Of a stretch of 64,000 nt of DNA, positions 56,980 to 64,000 are shown one piece after another; position 1 is the stretch's first letter, and each line of letters starts with the position of its first letter. The notes under the pieces are model-generated. The model had not been told where the DNA came from and ran no database searches. It saw only the letters and a program-made list of their open reading frames with translations. The stretch comes from Macrostomum lignano. Lineage: Eukaryota. The DNA lies in contig NIVC01000385.1 in the NCBI GenBank assembly GCA_002269645.1, positions 496,001 through 560,000 on the forward strand, given 5' to 3'. Position numbers and translations under genes: made by a program.

Positions 56980-57841
56980 AGCTCAGAGTGACTTTGTTAA
57001 GCTCAGAGTGAAATTTTCTAAGCTCAGAGTGAATTTTCTAAGCTCAGAGTGAATTTTCTAAGCTCCGAGTGACTTTGCTAGGCCCAGAGTGACTTTGATA
57101 GGCCCATAGTGACTTTGATAAGCCCAGAGTGACTTTGATAAGCCCAGAGTGACTTTGATAAGTTAGAGTGACTTTGATAGGCTCAGAGTGACTTCGTTAA
57201 GCCCAGAGTGACTTTGTTAAGCCCAGAGTGACTTTGATAACCCCAGAGTGACATTGTTAAGCCCAGAGTGACTTTTTAAGCCCAGGGTGACTTTGTTAAG
57301 CCCAGAGTGACTTTGATAAGCTCAAGAGAGAATTTAATAGGCTCAGAGTGACTTTGATAAGCTCAGAGTGACTTTGATAAGTCAGAGTGACTTTGATAGG
57401 CTCAGAGTGACTTCGTTAAGCCCAGAGTGACTTTGTTAAGCCCAGAGTGACTTTGATAACCCCAGAGTGACATTGTTAAGCTCAGAGTTACTTTGATAAC
57501 CCCAGAGTGACATTGTTAAGCCCAGAGTGACTTTTTTAAGCCCAGGGTGACTTTGTTAAGCCCAGAGTGACTTTGATAGGCTCAAGAGAGAATTTAATAG
57601 GCTCAGAGTGACTTCGTTAAGCCCAGAGTGACTTTGTTAAGCCCAGAGTGACTTTGATAACCCCAGAGTGACTTTGTTAAGCTCAGAGGGACTTTGATAA
57701 GCTCAAGAGAGAATTTAATAGGCTCAGAGTGACTTTGATAAGTTCAGAGTGACTTTGATAAGCTCAGAGTGACTTTGATAAGCTCAGAGTGACTTTGATA
57801 AGTCAGAGTGACTTTGATAAGTCAGAGTGACTTTGATAAGC
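56980..57841 (+). repeat. 20-bp minisatellite (GCTCAGAGTGACTTTGATAA)
   Basis: Period about 20. Confidence 0.92.
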
Positions 57842-58846
57842 AACTTAAGAGCTAAGCTATCAATCAAGCATGTGACGCAGTTACAGTGAGTGGCATTAAT
57901 TAACAAAAAATATACTTTAACGAATGCTCCGGTTGCGTAAGTCCCAAATAGGTAAAGAAAAATTTTTACAACGTGCCTCTTTTGCTCTTTAAATTGCAAT
58001 TTGACTGTCTAAATATAGACATGTAAAAATACAGCAAAAACGTAATTGAGTAATTATATTTTTCATGTTAAAAATAAATAGAATATATGACGCATTTCTA
58101 GCACATGGAAATGAGCGCTCGGATGAAAAACAAAATTTGCAACAATTTACTGAATGTGCATAATTTTGCTGTTGTGTATCCGTTAGTTTTTTATGGATGC
58201 TCTCGAATAGCATAAAAATAGCACTCGCGCAATAATATACTACTAGTTATTTATTATCAATAAAAGCAGATTTCTATTTTCAACTCAAATAATCTTGTTA
58301 AAATGCTTCTGACGTACTATATTTTCATTCGATTTTAAACGGCAATAATATTTTTTTTCGAACAGGGGATGCCTTCCCTCGCTCGATTTCGTTGCGTGGG
58401 CGTTTCCGGTGTCTGGCTAGACAAGAGTGCTTCCTGACTGCTGTGTGTTGCCCACGCTTTTAATTGAGCCATTTAAACCCTCCATTTTCTAACAGTGCGC
58501 GCCTACGTGAGCGATCTGGCGGTGCGACCCCCCATGCCATTAGAATCATCATCCAACATCAATTTAAGTGTCTGGGAAAAATTCATCTGAGTAAAAGCAC
58601 GCTGGCACAGTCTGGGCCTACTTGTAAAAAGTAGCGCCAATTGAGGAAACGGGGGGAGGAAAACGGAGAATTCACGAGGGCGGCATGGGGGTGGGGTGGG
58701 TGGGTGGCCCGGCCCGGGGGGCGACTGACGACAATCTATTTTTAGCAACACTGCGCGGGGGAGGATTCCCCGGACCCGCCCACACCCCAACAGCCCATTT
58801 TGGAGAGCTTTGGAAGCACTAATTTCCATTGACGAGAGAGCCGCAA

Positions 58847-58917
58847 CCAATCCGAGATGCTTCCGATGACGCGGCGGTTCTAACTTCTATTTTGTCCCCG
58901 CCTAGAAATCCTATAAA
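58847..58917 (+). promoter_or_regulatory. CCAAT box (58847) and TATA box (TATAAA 58912-58917) of the P450 gene
   Basis: Canonical motifs about 175 and 110 bp upstream of the ATG. Confidence 0.6.
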
Positions 58918-59020
58918 TACGGGACTGCTGGAGGACTTCCCTCTGGCAAGCTCTGAAACTCAGCAAAGCTAATCGACTGAAAACTCAAACCTTACTTGAC
59001 TTAACAGAACCTTGATCGAC

Positions 59021-60858
59021 ATGATCAACCTGATCGACCTACTGGAGACCCAGCAGTTGCCAGCGGAGTCAGTGACTCCAACTGCCTATCGAGTACTTGG
59101 CGGACCTCTGGCTAGCGTACTGGCCTGTGCTGCAGGTACTCTGCTAATCTGCTACCTATTCGGCGAGAGACAAAGGTGAGATTAAGCTCAACTGCTAATT
59201 CTGTCTATAGGATATGCTCTATAAGAACTAATATAAAGCTAGAATGCTATTTACTTGACACTTTAAATAACTTCAAATTGCAGATCTGACTCCGAGCCGC
59301 CGCTGGTGCCGGGCTCCCGCCTGTTCGGCAACGGGCCGCAGTTCCAAGCCAACGCCGTGCAGTTCCTGCTCGACGCCCGCCGAAAATTCGGCAGCCTGTT
59401 CACCATCAGATTTCCCGGCCACCACATCCACATGCTGATGAACCCGCACAGCATCGGGGAGTTCAGCCGGGCTCGCAGTCTCGACTTCGCTCCCATCCAC
59501 AAGCAGGTCACCACCAACGTGTTCAGCTTCGAAATGCCAGACTCTCATCGGATGCTCCGCGATGCCTCCAAGGCTGCCCGGGCCGCCCTGAAGGACGATG
59601 TCTTCCGCTACCAGGCCTTTGTTGACGAAGGCTTCGACTCCAAACTGGCCGGCCTGGCCGAGGGACAGTGGCGCACGGAGATGCTGGACGACTTTCTGGC
59701 CGATACACAGTTCCGCGCCATCTTCAACTCCATCTTTGGCCGCTCGGACGAGCACCAGTTTAACCATCGCAGCGCCCGGGGACTGTTTGCCGACATCCAC
59801 GCCTCTTTCAACTATGTCTGGCTCGGCTTCCCCGTGTGGATGTTCCCAAGACCAAGAAGGCTTGGCAAACGGTCCACAGCGCCCACCCGGCGCCTCAGGA
59901 GCTTCTCGAACGCGACGATTGCAGCGTGTACATCAAGAGCGTGATGAGCACCATGATGGAGAAGGAGCAACCGGTAGCCAGCATGGTCGGACACAACATG
60001 GTCTACCTTCACGTGAACTACAACACGAAGAAGGCCACTTATTGGGCAATTAACAATCTGCTGAAGGACCGTCAGGCTTACGCCGCTCTGCAAAGTGAAA
60101 TCGACGATGCAATCAACGCCAAGGTTGGCGACTCGAGCGAAGTTGCCGAATTCAGCAGCGATGAGATCGACCGCCTGCCACTGCTTGGTAAGCTGAGTCT
60201 CCGAAACCTTATGGAAATTCATTGCCAGCCTTTATTAAAATCTCCTACAAGTTTAATTAATTACAAATTCTCTTCACACTTACAGACAGCTTCATCAAGG
60301 AGACTTTCCGCCTGTCATCTGGCGTCTTTATGATTCGTGCGGTCACGGAGGACACTGTGCTGGAAGTCGACGGTCGTAGCTACCTGTTGCGCAAGGGCGA
60401 CAAAGCGGCCGTGTACCCGCCAGCTCTGCACCGCGATCCCGAGATGTACGATAGCCCCAATGTAAGCAACTACTATGCCAGTCACCTGATTTTCAATCCA
60501 ATTAAAACTTCGTTTCACCTTATAACTTGAACTAACCAACGCTCTCCACTCTCTTTGTATCGTGCAGGATTTCCGACACGACAGATTCATTGACAACGAA
60601 GTGACCTACGAGGGCAAACGAGTTAGCAAGCCAATTCTGCCCTATGGCGTGCTGTGCCCCGGTCAGCGGCTGTCCCTCATCCAATTCAAGTGGTTCATGT
60701 TCGCCATGCTGGCCCGTTTCCAGTTCCGACCTGACGAGAGCGGCCAGACTGCCGAGTACGACTTCAACAGCTACGGACACGAGATCCTGCCCCCAGTCAG
60801 CGATATCCCATTCAGCTATGCGGCTAGGGATCTGGCAGTACAGCTACAGCTCTGCTGA
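59021..60858 (+). CDS. Cytochrome P450, CYP7/CYP8-like clan, 4 exons, with a 1-nt frameshift at about 59846 in this sequence
   Basis: Exons 59021-59175, 59284-60187, 60286-60461, 60568-60858. N-terminal TM anchor, PPLVPG hinge, ETFR (ExxR), LHRDPEMY, FRHDRF (PERF-like), PYGVLCPG heme cysteine, GHEILPP C-terminus. Exons total 1526 nt; adding 1 nt gives a 508-aa ORF. Confidence 0.93.
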
Positions 60859-60937
60859 GCCTCACTAATACGACCACCTAGCAACCAAATTTACCTCTGG
60901 AACATCTTACAAATAATTCTTACAAAAGACGCTTCCG

Positions 60938-60943
60938 AATAAA
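60938..60943 (+). terminator. Polyadenylation signal of the P450 gene
   Basis: AATAAA 80 bp after the stop codon, followed by T/GT-rich sequence. Confidence 0.55.
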
Positions 60944-61486
60944 AAGTGTAGATGCGAGGCCTCGAAACGCATTTATACTTTTATTGATCGCCTCTTGTCG
61001 AATGTGTTTTTTGTTGCTTTTTAGTAATTATTGTCGCTGCGTTACAATTATTGCGCTCGCTCGCTATTGGAATTGTTTACAATTTTACTGAAAGCGAAAA
61101 TGCTTGCCTTACTGACAGCCATAATAATAACTCGCTTCCTGAGAATCTTTATGTGCTTTATACTGCTGTAATCTGCCAGCATGCTTGACCAATCACTGAC
61201 ACTTATTATTTATTGCCTGTGTATATTTCCACTAGTAGACCCATTGTACACCATGCAATGGATATCAACTTACTGTTGTAGTCAGCCGCAATGTCACATT
61301 GGATTCAGTTCGCTTTCGCTCACCTGTTAAATAACTAAAACATTTAGAAAAATAATGATGATGATAATGATTGCTATTTAAAACAAATATATCTATGATT
61401 ATGTCTAGTCAAATTCCGAACACAGCAAAAACGCTTTAAAAACAGAATTTACTTGATTTGTTTCTTTCAACACAATAGTCTGCAAG

Positions 61487-61720
61487 CCCACGGCCGGCTT
61501 AGCCTCTCTGTCCGGCCCTCGGGTCTTTTGAAACTTCACAATAGCAATCCGGACCGCTTAAGGCTTGTCTCTTCTCAGCTCTCTTCTCTCCTCTCTCCCC
61601 CATCTTTTCTCTATCCTCTCATCTTCTCTCTCTCTTTATCTTTTTATCTTCTTTCTCTTCTCTCCTCGATTTCCTCTCTCACCTGGCAATTAGCTAGGTT
61701 CTTTATCTGGGCCTTTAGGC
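61487..61720. mobile_element. Partial second copy of the 2880-3212 MITE family
   Basis: Shares GCCCTCGGGTCyTTTGAAACTTCACAATAGCAATCCGGmCCG (61511-61556), followed by the same type of CT-rich tract. Confidence 0.7.
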
Positions 61721-63008
61721 CAAACATTTTGCTCACCCCAGTTGTAACACAATTATTTTTTTTTATTTAATTGTAAAAAATACAGCAACCTGTTCATGAA
61801 CTTTAAACGAGTAGGAAAGCGGAACCAAACAAATTCAAAATTGGTATGTTCTATAAATATTATTATTATTATTGTGGTTATTATTCATAAAAGCCCCGCA
61901 AAGTACGTGAGGTCACAGGGACATTATTTTTCTAAAAATCAAGCAGCTAAAAGTTTAAAGTTGGTCCCTAAGCTCTGATTCTAAAATAGAAAATTTCTTC
62001 TGGGACCCCCACAAGATCTGTGGGGATCGGGTGTTTTTGTTATTGCGAGACAACAGCTGCACACTTCGGCACTTATGTGAGGGTTTATGGCCCAAAAAAC
62101 ATCAGCAGGTTTTTCTCTTCTGACTTGCGAGCTGGTGATCATCAATTTGAAAATTTACTTTATCACGCACTTCCGTATAATTTCTGCTTCTAAAAGAGCC
62201 GAATGAACTGTATTGCTAGATTGAATTATGAAAACTAAACACCTTAACAAAATCTGCGCAGTTCATCTACATGTGATTCTAAAACGATTCAACTTCAACA
62301 TTCACGTGACACTGCTTGGATCGGCGTGTTTCCTTGCTTTCCTGCCTTGCCGCTTTTAGCTAGTTCGTAGAAAGGTTAAGAGGAAGTAAATGATACAAAA
62401 AGACCGAATCAGATCACGTGACTCGTGCCCCACACCTCCTTTCGCCCAACGAGCTAAATGTACTTTAAGCTACTTTAGGCTTAGCTTTCCACGGGAATTC
62501 CCAGGGTGTTAAAAAAAGCATCGGTGCACAAAGTTTTCTTATAGCCTCACATTTAAACTTCTCGTTTATGTTAATATTAACACGGATAGAGCTTCTAAAT
62601 TTCAAGGTCATATTTCGCTATAATGCACCTACCAAAGTGATTTATTTAACACGTGACGTGCGTTTAACATGTAGTGGTTAAAAAAGGAAGTTCTCCAGCT
62701 TTCTTGATTAGTTTACAACATAATTAGCGCATGTAGTTTGGTACTGCCATGCAATCCATTCTAAGAAAATAGGTCGATTCGATCGGTTATATTTCAAGGA
62801 AATCTATACTGATAATAGTAGGATTAATTGGGATGCAAATACTATTATTAAGTAAATAGGTAGCCGTTGCGCAAAAAACTTGTTTTACTGACATGCTCGT
62901 CGTTAATTTTTATAAAAGCTCTTTTTTTACTTGGAGTCAAGGATTTAAGTTTTTATTTATACCTTTGATTGGGTACGTAAGAAATGAAAGAGTAAATGAT
63001 ATCAAATG

Positions 63009-63565
63009 ATCAGGGATGTAGATCAGGGAGAGTGTAGATCAGGGAGGGTGTAGATCAGGGAGGGTGTAGATCAGGGAGGCTGTAGATCAGGGAGGGTGTA
63101 GATCAGGGAGGGTGTAGATCAGGGAGGGTGTAGATCAGGGGGGTGTAGATCAGGGAGGGTGTAGATCAGGGAGGGTGTAGATCAGGGAGGGTGTAGATCA
63201 GGCAGGGTGTAGATCAGGGAGGGTGTCGATCGAAGGATCAGGGCAGGTATAGATCAAAAGATAAGTCAAGGGATCAAGGAGGATCATGGAGGGTATAGAT
63301 CAAAGGATCAGGGATGGGGATCAGGGAGAGTGTAGATCGAAGTATCAGGGAGGGTGTAGATCGAAGGATCATGGAGGGTGTAGATCAGGGAGGGTTTAGA
63401 TCAGAAAGGGTGCAGCAGGGTGTAGATCAGGGAGGGTGTACATCAAAGAATTAGGAGGGTGTAGATCTAATGATTAGAGAGGGTATAGATCAAAGGATCA
63501 GGGAGGTTGAAGACCGAAGGATCAGATCGAGAGGGATAGATCGAAGGATAGTGGAGGGTGTAGAT
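63009..63565 (+). repeat. 16-bp minisatellite (GATCAGGGAGGGTGTA), decaying
   Basis: Tandem units. Confidence 0.88.
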
Positions 63566-63691
63566 ACAAAACTCAGAGATAGTTTTTCAATATACAGCAA
63601 ACAATCAATTTTTATTAGCTATATAATATGAACTATTAGCTTAAATGTAATTTAAAGCAGTTTAAATTATTTGGCAGAAATATTTCCGCGT

Positions 63692-63832
63692 GGGCGGGGC
63701 CGCTGTTACTATAGCAATATACATGTAGATCGAGCATTAGCGTGGGTGGATCAAAAGGCAGGATCTATCGACTATATGAGATCACACCACCGCGCCCACC
63801 AATGCCATCAGTACGTCAAAAATTTAATTGGC
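63692..63832. promoter_or_regulatory. Candidate promoter cluster: GC box, X-box and CCAAT motifs
   Basis: GGGCGGGGC 63692-63700; GTTACTATAGCAAT 63705-63718; CCAAT near 63799 and ATTGG near 63828. No associated CDS visible in the window. Confidence 0.4.
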
Positions 63833-64000
63833 TATTTCCTCTAGGCTGCGGATGGTCTGATCCCAGTGTTAGAGATGGGATAAATTTTGAACTTTTAAAG
63901 CAAGCAAATTTTCAACCTATGAAATTTGAATCTATGGGAACTGTGCAGGCAATTCATACATCATTATTGCTTAAATTTTGGCTTTTCTTTTTAATTGATG

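Noticed and set aside
59840-59850. Programmed ribosomal frameshift or micro-intron in the P450
   Set aside because: No slippery heptamer and no GT-AG pair of suitable length; an indel is simpler.

Overview
Eukaryotic (animal) genomic DNA, not prokaryotic. GC-rich polyQ/polyA/polyS exons separated by introns packed with short-period minisatellites resemble a free-living flatworm such as Macrostomum; this is an inference, not proven. Four genes are well supported. (1) A 5'-incomplete SynGAP/DAB2IP/RASAL2-family PH-C2-RasGAP gene on + (497-25031), with candidate alternative first exons. (2) A complete 4-exon CFAP20 on - (32515-34790), with two RFX X-box motifs upstream. (3) An intronless neprilysin/M13-family gene on - (37200-39566) that lacks the HExxH zinc motif. 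(4) A 4-exon CYP7/CYP8-clan cytochrome P450 on + (59021-60858) with a 1-nt frameshift and a shortened heme loop. By hand estimate about 40% of the window is tandem repeat (roughly 30 arrays, mostly with unrelated units). There are also three copies of a tRNA-derived SINE, a hAT-like MITE family, and a foldback/MULE-like insertion with a 9-bp target-site duplication. The most unusual structure is exons sandwiched between mutually inverted minisatellite arrays whose outer ends match (799-2509 around a conserved RasGAP exon; 47196-49654 around a candidate orphan exon). All coordinates were derived by hand; repeat boundaries are approximate.
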